Part shown: positions 36,676-46,093 of the stretch, piece after piece
How the letters are laid out: every line of letters starts with the position of its first letter
Position numbering within the stretch: the stretch's first letter is position 1
Source: Candidatus Aenigmatarchaeota archaeon
GTDB taxonomy: Archaea; Aenigmatarchaeota; Aenigmatarchaeia; PWEA01; JACQIF01
DNA length: 64,000 bases
Reading direction: 5' to 3'
Assembly: GCA_016432325.1 (NCBI GenBank)
Contig: CP066684.1
Location: 256,001 to 320,000, forward strand
Program-made: the position numbers and the translations under genes
Notes under the pieces: model-generated
What the model was told of the DNA's origin: nothing
Seen by the model: only the letters and a program-made list of their open reading frames with translations
Databases searched by the model: none

Positions 36676-36772
36676 ACTATCCTGAGATGGGATTGCAGAG
36701 CTTACGATATAAAAGTAAATGGCGCTGATGCTTGAAACGGCGGTTTCATATCAGCGCGTCTGTTGAATTGGT

Positions 36773-36983
36773 TGGCGCTGAGGGGGAGATTCTCGTGAAC
36801 CCGTCGTAGGGGTTCAAGGGGCGCACGCATGTGCCACTTGTTTGAACTCCCGCGGGCTTGCGCCCACCGGTTTTCGAGACCGGCGCAGTTGGTCCGCCTT
36901 CTGCCCGCAGGCGTATTTTTTCCCGCGGGTTTTTGCGCGGATATTGCGCAAAAAGGCGCTAAACCAAGCTTTGCTACCTCAGC
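36773..36983 (-). tRNA. tRNA-Ser(CGA) with two introns: D-arm 21/22 at 36889-36959 and T-loop 59/60 at 36790-36840
   Basis: Spliced: GCTGAGG-TA-GCAA-AGCTTGGTTTA-CTGC-G-CCGGT-CTCGAAA-ACCGG-long variable arm TGGGCGCAAGCCCGC-GGGAG-TTCAAAT-CTCCC-CCTCAGC-G-CCA. D-arm BHB GGTT/GACC flanked by CGCC/GGCG. Confidence 0.93.
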
Positions 36984-37039
36984 ACTGTGTCCAGTAGGCC
37001 GGTTATAGTTATAAAAGGTTTACTTGCGGTGTTTATTCT

Positions 37040-37240
37040 ATGTTCGTAAAGGTTCTGTTCCAGAAGAAGGAAACCGAGGTAGAGGTCCCCGCGAACGCCA
37101 AGGTAGCCGACGCCCTGAAGGCCGCTGGGATATCCGTTCAAACAGTGATACCAAGGCGCAATGGTTCTGTGATAACCGACGAGGATTCTGTCAAGGAAGG
37201 CGACGTCATAGACGCGTTGCGCATTGTTTCGGGTGGTTAG
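37040..37240 (+). CDS. Ubiquitin-like sulfur carrier (SAMP/ThiS/MoaD family)
   Basis: 66 aa ending VSGG; upstream of ncsA. Confidence 0.9.
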   Translation: MFVKVLFQKKETEVEVPANAKVADALKAAGISVQTVIPRRNGSVITDEDSVKEGDVIDALRIVSGG

Positions 37241-37298
37241 AATACTGTTCATGAAACCTGCGGTTTCAAGATTCCCTCGCGGGGCTTGGTGAAGTGCG

Positions 37299-37484
37299 AT
37301 GGAATGCCAACGATGCGGGAAGAATACAATTCTGTTCCGCGTAAAAGACGAAGGACTCTGCGAGTCGTGCATACGCAAAGATCCCAAACTCGAGCTCGTC
37401 CCATACTCAAAAGAGGAAGAACGCAGATTGGGCGCGCTTATGAAACATCCCGCGAAATGGTACAAGGAGGTAAGAACGAAATGA
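37299..37484 (+). CDS. Small Zn-finger protein
   Basis: CQRC...LCESC; stop overlaps the ncsA start. Confidence 0.6.
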   Translation: MECQRCGKNTILFRVKDEGLCESCIRKDPKLELVPYSKEEERRLGALMKHPAKWYKEVRTK

Positions 37485-38434
37485 ACTGTTCGGCTTGCGA
37501 AAAGGATGCGGTATACCACAGAAAGTACGAAGGACGCGCGCTCTGCAAGGAACATTTCTCCGAGGACCTTCTGACCAAAATACGCAGGACGATACGCACC
37601 GAGCAACTCATCAAGCACGGCGACAAGATATGCGTCGCGCTCTCCGGTGGGAAGGACTCCTCTCTTACGCTTTACGTGCTTTCTGATTTGCTCAAGACGT
37701 GGCCTAATGTTGAACTGTTCGCATTAGCTGTCGACGAAGGCATAGAAGGCTATCGGGACAAGAGTCTCGAATCCGCGAAGGAGCTGTGCGCGCGGCTGGG
37801 CGTACGGCTTCACGTCGTCTCGTACAAGGATGAGTTCGGCAAGACCATGGACCAGGTTTTGCACGGGAAGAAGGACTTTCAGAACGCGGACTCCGAGGGT
37901 TCCGCACGCGGCAACGTGCGCGCCTGCACGTACTGCGGCGTTTTCCGCAGAAACATCCTCAACAAGTATGCGCGCGAGCTCGGCGCGACAAAAGTTGCGA
38001 CAGGCCACAACCTCGACGACGAGCTGCAAAGCGTGTTCATGGACTTCCTGAAAGGAGACGTCAACCGTCTGGTACGCATGGGAACGACGATGAATGCGCA
38101 TGAAAATGATCTTATACTACGCGTAAAGCCGTTGCGAAACGTGCCGGAACGCGAGATAGGACTGTTCTGCATCCTGAACGGACTGCCTCACCACGAGGAC
38201 GAGTGCCCGAACGCGCACGACTCGCTGCGGTTCGACGTGCGCGACTTCCTGAACAGGATGGAAGAGCGTTATCCAGGAACGAAGCACAACGCGTCCGCAA
38301 CGTTTGAGAAGGTACTGCCTGCGCTGCGCGAGTCATTTATGAAACAAATGCCTTCCCTGCGCGCGTGCGAGAAGTGCGGAGAGCTGTGCTCAGGCGAAAC
38401 GTGCAAGGCATGCGAATTGAAGGCGACGATTTAG
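37481..38434 (+). CDS. ncsA: tRNA 2-thiolation protein (NcsA/TtuA family)
   Basis: Terminal Zn fingers, SGGKDS PP-loop, CTYCGVFRR, TGHNLDD, CPNA. Confidence 0.92.
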   Translation: MNCSACEKDAVYHRKYEGRALCKEHFSEDLLTKIRRTIRTEQLIKHGDKICVALSGGKDSSLTLYVLSDLLKTWPNVELFALAVDEGIEGYRDKSLESAKELCARLGVRLHVVSYKDEFGKTMDQVLHGKKDFQNADSEGSARGNVRACTYCGVFRRNILNKYARELGATKVATGHNLDDELQSVFMDFLKGDVNRLVRMGTTMNAHENDLILRVKPLRNVPEREIGLFCILNGLPHHEDECPNAHDSLRFDVRDFLNRMEERYPGTKHNASATFEKVLPALRESFMKQMPSLRACEKCGELCSGETCKACELKATI

Positions 38435-38847
38435 GCCGGGGCGGCCGTCGGCCCGCTCTTTTTCAAGAGACGGAACTCGTAGCGCCGCGGCGCGAACTGC
38501 TTCAAATCCGCCTCGTACGCGCAGCGCCTGCAATGCACGCCTATCATCACGCGCTCGCCTCTGAGGTTGTTTGAGACGGTGGCGAACAGTTCTCCGCTGC
38601 AGGCCGGACATTCATCAGGCAGGTCTCCAGAACCCTTCTTCGTCTCGACGCCGAGCTCGAGTCCGGCTATTTCCAGCGCCAGCTTGCGCGCTCGCTGCGG
38701 CGTTATCTCGAACTTGCTGTCCAGCCTCTTCAAACTGTCTTCCACGAGCTCCGCGAGCTCTTCCTGCGTGCGGACGATGCCGTGCTCCTTGAGAGTCATG
38801 TAGATTACGCGCTTCACGAGTTCTGAATCGGGTATCTTCGTGCTCAT
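38431..38847 (-). CDS. Conserved archaeal Zn-ribbon protein
   Basis: CPAC...CRRC, PRRYEF. Confidence 0.7.
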   Translation of the reverse strand: MSTKIPDSELVKRVIYMTLKEHGIVRTQEELAELVEDSLKRLDSKFEITPQRARKLALEIAGLELGVETKKGSGDLPDECPACSGELFATVSNNLRGERVMIGVHCRRCAYEADLKQFAPRRYEFRLLKKSGPTAAPA

Positions 38848-38885
38848 ATCCCCACACGTCCCGTGGGCTGTGTGACTATTAAACC

Positions 38886-39632
38886 TTATCGCCTGAGTTC
38901 CAGATACATCGTCGGATTCACGACCCCCATATACGCGGCCGTCAGTGACGTCACGTAGCGCAGTATCACGAACGCCGCGAGGCTTGCCGTGCGAATCGTT
39001 CCGGGCAGGAAGAACGCCACGGCGATGAGGGCGAACGAAATGAGGACGACGTATGTGGTCTCTGTCCTATACTTCTTTGACAAACGGAAGCTGCGCCTGA
39101 ACGACTCGAAGACGCCAACATCGTCTATAATGACCGAAGACGGAGAGAAGTAGAACTTGAGCGTAATGTAAAATGTGATTATGGCTACTGTTCCGAAACC
39201 GATTGCCATGAGCAGCACGTTTCCTGTAAGAACGCCGAGCATCGCGACGACCATCGGCACGAGCATCAGAGCGGTTGCAAGCAACACGGGCAAGAAAACG
39301 GACAAGAACGTACGCGGCAAACAGGTCCACGCGACGCGCATGGACTTTGCGAAATCGAACTTCTTGTTCTTCCTGTAGCCTTTTACGAGCGTCGGATACA
39401 TGCTGTGGAAGTAGACGGAAACAACGGTTACGAGTATAGAGCCTGTCAGGTAGAGGAACGCGACGTCGATTGTTGGCGGCTTTGAGAAGCCCGTGACGTC
39501 GATGCCGAACTCCAGCAGGAAATAAAGCAGGAACGCGTTCCAGACCGTCGTCGATATCAGGTTCGGCGCGAAGAACAGCGGCTGTTTCACGAGGAAGCGC
39601 AGCGAATCGTTGAGGACTTTGAAGGCCTTCAT
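38886..39632 (-). CDS. Integral membrane protein
   Basis: About 6 TM segments; ESFRRSFRL motif. Confidence 0.75.
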   Translation of the reverse strand: MKAFKVLNDSLRFLVKQPLFFAPNLISTTVWNAFLLYFLLEFGIDVTGFSKPPTIDVAFLYLTGSILVTVVSVYFHSMYPTLVKGYRKNKKFDFAKSMRVAWTCLPRTFLSVFLPVLLATALMLVPMVVAMLGVLTGNVLLMAIGFGTVAIITFYITLKFYFSPSSVIIDDVGVFESFRRSFRLSKKYRTETTYVVLISFALIAVAFFLPGTIRTASLAAFVILRYVTSLTAAYMGVVNPTMYLELRR

Positions 39633-39685
39633 CGTTGGCTCTTCGTCCCGGTTCCTATATATCCTTTTAGTGTCAATGAGAGCGC

Positions 39686-40345
39686 ATGACGCGGGGGGCG
39701 TTCATCGCATTCGAAGGAATGGACGGAAGCGGCAAGAGCACTGTCATGGAAAAGACTATGTTCGAGCTCAGTGGCAACGGCTATAGTATCAGATGGACCG
39801 CGGAGCCCACTCACCAAGGGACGGGCAAGCACATACGTGATAGGCTCAACGCCAAGTGGCCTCCCAAAGGGACGATGAGCGATCTCGCGGCCGCGGCGGT
39901 CTATACGCGTCTTTTCTTCGCGGACAGGATCGAACATAATGCGCTGGATATCCAACCCAACCTCTCAAAAAGAATCAACATCTTCACAGACCGTTCCTAC
40001 GGTTCTACGGTTGCTTACCAAAGCGCGCAGGGCTATCCAATAGAGAAGCTCGCGGGGGAAGTCGAGTGGCTCGTTGGCAAAAGTATGATAGAGCGCCCCG
40101 ACCTGATGGTTGTGCTTGATGTGAGCGTGCCGACAGCTCTTGCAAGGCTTGCAAAGACGGGCAAGAAACCAGACAAGTTCGAAGACCCTGAATTCCTGCC
40201 CAAGCTGCACGAGGCCTATGGAAACCTGCCCAAATACCTGCCGAACGACAGAATAGAATTCGTCGACGCCGAGAGGCCCTTGAAAGAGGTCGTGGTGGAC
40301 GTCTGTTCAAGAATACGCCCGCTGCTCGTGAAGAAAGCCGCCTGA
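39686..40345 (+). CDS. tmk: Thymidylate kinase
   Basis: FIAFEGMDGSGKST, LFFADR, DRSYGSTVAYQ. Confidence 0.93.
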   Translation: MTRGAFIAFEGMDGSGKSTVMEKTMFELSGNGYSIRWTAEPTHQGTGKHIRDRLNAKWPPKGTMSDLAAAAVYTRLFFADRIEHNALDIQPNLSKRINIFTDRSYGSTVAYQSAQGYPIEKLAGEVEWLVGKSMIERPDLMVVLDVSVPTALARLAKTGKKPDKFEDPEFLPKLHEAYGNLPKYLPNDRIEFVDAERPLKEVVVDVCSRIRPLLVKKAA

Positions 40346-41911
40346 TTATTTGGCGTCGGCCTCGGTCTCTCCCGAGTAGTATGATATCTTGTTCAGGTCC
40401 ATGTCCCAGACAGGCTTGCCGCAGAAGAGCTTGCCTTGGTTGCACATGGGGCCGACGCCCGCGCCTTTCCTGAGATGGCACGGCGGGCCCAGGAAGTTCC
40501 CTATCAACGGCGTCACTTCCCTTACTTGGTTCACTTCGTCGCGGTTTATCTTCCACTCCTCTTCCTGAGTGCGCAGGCACGTGCGCAACTCCCACTTGTG
40601 ACGGGCGCCAAACAGGTCCGTGGTCTCCTCTATTCGCAAAGCCGTCGCGTTGGGAAGAAGGTACGCGACGAACTCCCTGCTCTCTCCGTTATCCAGAAGA
40701 TAGCGGACATCTTCCCAAGTTCCTTCCATGGCATCGTTGAATATCTGAAGCGCTTCTGCGTTGCCTGCTATCAGTTCCGGCGCAACCGTGTCGGGTTCGC
40801 GCGTGAGGACGTCCTGCAGCCGCGGCCTTATTCCTTTCGTCGCCCTGTGCCTCTGCCCCTGCGAGTCGGCTGTGTGGCTGAGCTTCTTGCGGAACGTGTA
40901 CGCGACCTGTCCCATCGCGTACGAGGCCGGGTCCATGTGCTCGAGTTCTGCGGGGTGCAGGAGCGTGCGGTTATTGGCGGGGTTCATCACCAGGCCTATC
41001 AGCTGTTCGTCCGTCGCCACGCCGTCAGCCGCGCCCAAGTGAATGCGGACCGCATCGGCAAGGATGCGATCGCCGTCAGGCGTGTGCGTGACGAGTTTGG
41101 AACGGTAAGGATTGAGTTTCTTGTCGAACTGTGCGTTGTAAGCCGCGACGTCGACGTCGCCCAAGAGCTTGCGGCCCTTGAACGAGGGGCCGTCCTGCCT
41201 CTGCAACGGCGCTCCTATATGATCGAAGAGTTCTGGCTCTGTCTTCCTTGCCTCGGCCATCATCTGTTCGACAACGGTCTGCGCCTCCCACGGCACGTTG
41301 GTGAGCTTGGGGCTGAGCGCCAGCCTGTTGAGCGTCGAAAGATTCACCGTATAGTACATCCCGGAAAGCGCCGCGATGGGCAGAACATAGCGCGCCGTCT
41401 CGATGGCCTGCTTGGGCACGAGCTGGGTGTCCCGCTTGGAGAGCTTCCCTCTGGCCTCGGATTTGATGCCTTTCAACTCCTCTTCGAGAATGGGAATCAG
41501 CGCAGCATAAGCGTCCCATTGGGCGCGGATTCTCTTTCGCGTCCTGTCCCTGCTGTCAGAGTCGTGAAACGGAGGTATTCGTACTGTCGCGGTCCTGTTA
41601 GATACGTATCTCTGGCTTATCTGGTCTGTAACGTACGTAGACGGAAGATGGAAGAAATCGTGGATGAGGTTTCTGGAGACGTTCTCCAGAGCGAACGTAA
41701 AAGTCGGGTGGCCGAACACCTGGTGGCCGGAGTTAAACGTATCCTGTACGACTTTCTTCAGCGCCTCGTCCGGGACCTCGTCCGGAAGGACTATCCTGTT
41801 CGCAGCCCGCGGAGAATAGCAGCTCTTTGCCGATGCGCCTGCGATTCTTAGAGGTTCGTTGGGATATGCGATCAGCTCTACCTTCGACGGCGGATCTAGG
41901 ACAGACGACAT
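40346..41911 (-). CDS. thyX: Flavin-dependent thymidylate synthase, tandem two-domain form
   Basis: QISQRY and ARYVLP in domain 1; SQGQRHRA, YLLPNA and LRTC in domain 2. Confidence 0.88.
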   Translation of the reverse strand: MSSVLDPPSKVELIAYPNEPLRIAGASAKSCYSPRAANRIVLPDEVPDEALKKVVQDTFNSGHQVFGHPTFTFALENVSRNLIHDFFHLPSTYVTDQISQRYVSNRTATVRIPPFHDSDSRDRTRKRIRAQWDAYAALIPILEEELKGIKSEARGKLSKRDTQLVPKQAIETARYVLPIAALSGMYYTVNLSTLNRLALSPKLTNVPWEAQTVVEQMMAEARKTEPELFDHIGAPLQRQDGPSFKGRKLLGDVDVAAYNAQFDKKLNPYRSKLVTHTPDGDRILADAVRIHLGAADGVATDEQLIGLVMNPANNRTLLHPAELEHMDPASYAMGQVAYTFRKKLSHTADSQGQRHRATKGIRPRLQDVLTREPDTVAPELIAGNAEALQIFNDAMEGTWEDVRYLLDNGESREFVAYLLPNATALRIEETTDLFGARHKWELRTCLRTQEEEWKINRDEVNQVREVTPLIGNFLGPPCHLRKGAGVGPMCNQGKLFCGKPVWDMDLNKISYYSGETEADAK

Positions 41912-42040
41912 CCGATACTCCCCACTGGCATTCGCTTATAAAGCGGCGAAAGGTTAAATACTCTTCTTCAGGAGTGTGCCGACAGATGAAGTGCATGAAA
42001 CCACGTTTCATACTTCCCGCGAACCATTGGTGATGACCGC

Positions 42041-42466
42041 ATGAAGTGCCTTTCAGTAAAGCAACCGTACGCAGACCTCATCCTTTCTGGAAGAAAGACC
42101 ATCGAAAACCGCCACTGGAACGCGGCGTATCGGGGCGACCTCCTCATACACGCGTCCGCTAACGTGGACGCCGAAGGCTGCAAGAGGCTCGGAATAGACC
42201 CCGCGAAACTCGCCAAGGGCGCTATTCTAGGCAAGGTCAGGATGGTCGACGTCATAAAATACGACTCGCTGGACAAGTTCCGTTTCCTTTACACAAAACA
42301 TTTCGCGCCTGACGCGTATTACGACGAAGGCAAGACATTCGGCCTTGTGATGACGCAACCGCAGAGGTTTCCCAAGCCCGTCCTTTTGAAGGGAAGGCTC
42401 GGGATGTTCGAGGTCCGTCTCACGCGAACAGGACGAATAGAAACCAACGCGAAGAGGCAGAAATAA
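42041..42466 (+). CDS. ASCH domain protein
   Basis: LSVKQPYA...GRKTIENR...YRGDLLIHAS, KGRLG. Confidence 0.92.
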   Translation: MKCLSVKQPYADLILSGRKTIENRHWNAAYRGDLLIHASANVDAEGCKRLGIDPAKLAKGAILGKVRMVDVIKYDSLDKFRFLYTKHFAPDAYYDEGKTFGLVMTQPQRFPKPVLLKGRLGMFEVRLTRTGRIETNAKRQK

Positions 42467-43818
42467 TGACTCTCGATGCGTTCTTCAATCCGCAAAGCGT
42501 CGCTGTCATCGGCGCGAGCCGCGACCCGAAGAAAGTAGGACATGTAATCTTCCGCAACTTCGTGGAGAGCGGATTCCGCGGGCACGTGTATCCGATAAAC
42601 CCGAACGCTGAAGAGGTTTTCCAGAAACGCGCGTATGCGAGCGTGCGGGACGTACCGCACCATGTGGATCTGGCCGTCGTCTGCGTGCCGCAGCCGCTTG
42701 TCGCGCACGTTCTCGAGGAGTGCGGAATGAAGGGCGTGCGGGCTGTGATAGTCATCTCCGCCGGTTTCAAGGAGACCGGAAACGAGACCGCGGAGAAAGA
42801 ACTTGCGAAGATAGCCAAGCGCCATAACATCCGCCTCATCGGTCCGAACTGTCTTGGAGTGTACGATCCGTACACCGGAGTGGATACGTTCTTTTTGCCG
42901 CGCCACAGGCTCGGAAGACCGAAACCCGGCAACATGGCGTTCATCTCCCAGTCAGGCGCCGTGGCGTCTGTCGTGCTCGACTGGATGGAAAGCAAGGGTT
43001 ACCGCGCTTCGAAGTTCGTATCATACGGCAACGCCGTAGACATCAACGAAAACGAGCTCATCGAATATCTGGCAAAAGACAGGCAGACGGAAATCATCTG
43101 CGTCTATCTTGAAGGCGCGCACGACGGCCGCAGACTCATGGAGGTCGCGAAGAAGTGCAAGAAGCCGATAGTCGCCCTGAAGGGCGGCGTAACAAGCGAT
43201 GGAACGCGCGCCGTTGCGTCCCACACAGGCTCTCTCGCAGGCGCGGCCGAGGTGTACGCCGCTGCGTTCAAACAATCCGGCATCGTCCAAGCGCACGACA
43301 TGGTGCAGATATTCGACTATGCGCGCGTTCTCTCTTCGTGTCCGAAACCGAAAGGCAAGCGAGTACAGGTCATAACAAACGGCGGCGGCTTCGGAATCCT
43401 TACCGTTGACGAGATAGTGGCCAACGAACTGGAGATGGCCCAGCCTTCCAAGGATACGGTGAAAGCGATAAGGAAGGCCGCGCCTCCGCACGTGATAGTC
43501 AAAAACCCGATAGATTTGGCAGGAGACGCGACTGTCGAAACGTATCGCGCGGCTCTCGACGCGGCGATAAAAGACAAGAACAATGACATGCTCGTCGTGA
43601 TTGCGCTCATGCAGGTGCCGAACCTGACCGACGACATCGTGGACGTACTTGAAGAGGCGTACCAGACATCCAAAAAACCGATGGTGATCGTATCCGCAGG
43701 AGGCAACTACACGGAACTCATGAAAAAGACGCTCGACGAGAATGGCATACCGACGTTTTCTTATCCGGATAGGGCCGTGACGGCGCTGCGCGCTTTGTGG
43801 GACTATAGCAAGAAGTAA
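42466..43818 (+). CDS. acdA: ADP-forming acyl-CoA synthetase, alpha subunit
   Basis: VAVIGAS, IGPNCLG, SQSG, ASHTGSLAG, TNGGG, NPIDL. Confidence 0.93.
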   Translation: MTLDAFFNPQSVAVIGASRDPKKVGHVIFRNFVESGFRGHVYPINPNAEEVFQKRAYASVRDVPHHVDLAVVCVPQPLVAHVLEECGMKGVRAVIVISAGFKETGNETAEKELAKIAKRHNIRLIGPNCLGVYDPYTGVDTFFLPRHRLGRPKPGNMAFISQSGAVASVVLDWMESKGYRASKFVSYGNAVDINENELIEYLAKDRQTEIICVYLEGAHDGRRLMEVAKKCKKPIVALKGGVTSDGTRAVASHTGSLAGAAEVYAAAFKQSGIVQAHDMVQIFDYARVLSSCPKPKGKRVQVITNGGGFGILTVDEIVANELEMAQPSKDTVKAIRKAAPPHVIVKNPIDLAGDATVETYRAALDAAIKDKNNDMLVVIALMQVPNLTDDIVDVLEEAYQTSKKPMVIVSAGGNYTELMKKTLDENGIPTFSYPDRAVTALRALWDYSKK

Positions 43819-45261
43819 TTAGCCTGTCGAATTGGTCTCGTTCCTTTCGTTGTCTTCGTCTTCATCGGTTTCGTCATCTTCTGTCTCGTTCTCTTCCATA
43901 TCGTCTTCTTCGTCTTCCATCTCGTCCTCTTCTGTTTCATTCTCTTTCATGTCTCCGAAGTCACCGCGGGCGCGCGCTCGCAGCTTGGTCAGAAACTCTT
44001 CGCGGTTCACCCTTAGTTTGTGCTCCAGCTCGGCACGCTCCGTCTCAAACTTCGCTTTGAATCTGGCTCTCACGCCCTCCTGCGTCTCACAGTCCGTTCC
44101 AAGGAACGTCTCCACTTCTTCTGCCGTAAGGCTCGTGCGCGCGTCTATCTCTTGTTTTATGGTCGCGCAGTCCGTGGTGTTGAGCGTGAATTCGACGCGT
44201 TCGCGCGTGCCGTCGCGTTCGATGCGGACGCCAACGCGCGTCTGATTGCCTTCGCTGTTTATCTTTATCTCTACCTTCTCATGACGCTCTTCCTCGTCGT
44301 CCGCCTCTCCGACGCCTTTGTCCTCTCCAAGACGGCCTGTGAGGACGCGCTCTGCGTTTCTTGCGATGTGAAGCGCGGCCGTGGCCTGACCGAAGGCTTT
44401 GCCCGTCTGGTTTTCGGTAAGCGCCGTTTCAGAAACATTGAGGTGGAATTCTGCACGCTCGATTAGATGAAGGCCCGCGTTGAGGCGGCGCACGCTCGCA
44501 TTCGTGGCGTTGCCTCCGCCAATCTCGGCCGACAACACTTCCGCGGCTGTCTTCGCGTCGGCTATCGCTGTCCTGGCCATCTCTATCCTTTCAGAGGCTT
44601 TCGCTTGCAAGAACTCGTGCAAACCGTGGCGTCCCTCGGTTTCATTGAACTTCTCGTTTATCTCGTCGTCATCAAGTCCCCGCGCCTCGAACTTGGCGCG
44701 CAAGGCGTCCTTCTTTTGCCTTATCTCAATCCTGACGTCCGCGGTGCTGTTGGTCAGGCTGTCCAAGAACGCGTCCAGACGCGCGCGCTGTTCGCCTGTA
44801 AGCGTCCCTCGAACTTTCAACTTGACGCTGATGGCGCTGTTTACTTCCTCCACGTCACTCTCGTGTTTCTCGACCTCACTTTCTATCTCCGCCGTGTCGT
44901 CCAGCTCGTCTTCCTCCCTGGCCTCCTTGAGCGCCTTTATGCGCGCCTTGACCTCGGCGAGCGTATGAGTGTGTTCATTCTCGGCCTTGGCTGCGTCGTC
45001 CACTTTGTTGGCCGCTATCATTGCCTTGACTTCGGCCAGACGTTCGGCAGCGATGTGCAGGTTCGCGTGTGCCTTTGCATCGTCCGTGGTCGCAAGCAGG
45101 ATGCCTATCTTGTCAAGAGCAACGTCGATGCCCCACAGAGGAGAATCAGGCGTTGTGCCGGGGTCTGTGGAGGGTTCGGTTTCGTGAGCGAGAACCGGAA
45201 GAGGACCAATCAACAGCAGGAAGGCCGTCATGGACAGGATGAAACGCTGAACGCCTTTCAT
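43819..45261 (-). CDS. Secreted DUF5667-like protein with acidic C-terminal tail
   Basis: Signal peptide, PGTTPDSPLWGIDVALDKI...AAERLAEV, AFGQA. Confidence 0.78.
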   Translation of the reverse strand: MKGVQRFILSMTAFLLLIGPLPVLAHETEPSTDPGTTPDSPLWGIDVALDKIGILLATTDDAKAHANLHIAAERLAEVKAMIAANKVDDAAKAENEHTHTLAEVKARIKALKEAREEDELDDTAEIESEVEKHESDVEEVNSAISVKLKVRGTLTGEQRARLDAFLDSLTNSTADVRIEIRQKKDALRAKFEARGLDDDEINEKFNETEGRHGLHEFLQAKASERIEMARTAIADAKTAAEVLSAEIGGGNATNASVRRLNAGLHLIERAEFHLNVSETALTENQTGKAFGQATAALHIARNAERVLTGRLGEDKGVGEADDEEERHEKVEIKINSEGNQTRVGVRIERDGTRERVEFTLNTTDCATIKQEIDARTSLTAEEVETFLGTDCETQEGVRARFKAKFETERAELEHKLRVNREEFLTKLRARARGDFGDMKENETEEDEMEDEEDDMEENETEDDETDEDEDNERNETNSTG

Positions 45262-45417
45262 ACCAAGGATAGCGGCGCCCGCTATATAAAACTGCCGTCG
45301 TAAGCCTCTTATGCGCTTTTTAAAGCTATCCGCACAGGTTTATTGCGGCGATGATTGAACCGCTCCAGAGCGAGCCTCCCCTACGGTAAAGTGGAGGGGC
45401 TGTGAGCATCAAGGTAA

Positions 45418-45493
45418 CTCATGAGCCGCTATTCCATCATATGAAGCTCAACGCTACCCGCTTCGAAGTTTTTGTGTAGCTCATGAGCCGCTA
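45418..45493. repeat. Two copies of CTCATGAGCCGCTA (45418-45431, 45480-45493)
   Basis: Exact 14-bp direct repeat with a palindromic core, 62 bp apart, intergenic. Confidence 0.7.
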
Positions 45494-45546
45494 AATCTTT
45501 TTGCGCCAAAGACGCAGGTAAACGCGCAAAAACATTTATGAAAAAT
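45493..45546. repeat. Stand-alone copy of the tRNA-intron hairpin module
   Basis: AAAT-C-TTTTTGCGC-loop-GCGCAAAAA-C-ATTT-ATGAAAAAT, same layout as 58478-58523. Confidence 0.7.
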
Positions 45547-45567
45547 CTACTGCCGCCATTTGACTCT

Positions 45568-45837
45568 CTACTTCAGCGACTTCAGAAAACTCGTGACTGC
45601 TCTCTCGCCTTTGTACTCGACTTCTGTCATCACTTTCTTTCGGTCTATCTCGATCTCTTCCTGCAGCGTTATCTCAGGCAACCCGAGGCTCTCCCTTGCC
45701 GACGCGATCTTTATCCGTTCGACAACCAAACCAATTCCTTTCTTCTTCAAAACTCGACGTTTACTCCGAGCCAGCTTGACGGCTTCCCTGCATTCCAGAG
45801 AATCGTCAACCCATAAAATCAGAATCTTTGACGACAT
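45568..45837 (-). CDS. Small thioredoxin/glutaredoxin-like hypothetical protein
   Basis: LILWVDDSLECREA...GLPEI...YKG. Confidence 0.5.
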   Translation of the reverse strand: MSSKILILWVDDSLECREAVKLARSKRRVLKKKGIGLVVERIKIASARESLGLPEITLQEEIEIDRKKVMTEVEYKGERAVTSFLKSLK

Positions 45838-45898
45838 CCGCGCTCATCCCGTTCTGTTCAAAAAGAAAAAAGGGGAAGAAGGTTTGTCTCTTCTGCGG

Positions 45899-45982
45899 TC
45901 AGCGCTTGCGTCCGCGAGACGCCTTGCGCCTGCCGCCCTTTTTCACTGCCTTCTTCCTCGATCTTTTCACTTTTCTCGCCAT
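45899..45982 (-). CDS. 27-aa highly basic microprotein MARKVKRSRKKAVKKGGRRKASRGRKR
   Basis: GAGGTG RBS, T-rich terminator after the stop, 16/27 Lys+Arg; below the ORF-track cutoff. Confidence 0.65.
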   Translation of the reverse strand: MARKVKRSRKKAVKKGGRRKASRGRKR

Positions 45983-46093
45983 TTTTGCACCTCTTTTTTG
46001 AAGCCGCGACGTACGCGAACGACCGAAGCTTCTTGTAATTATTTGAAACCGCAGAATATAACTGTTTTACGGGCGAATTTTCTCCGGATTGTC

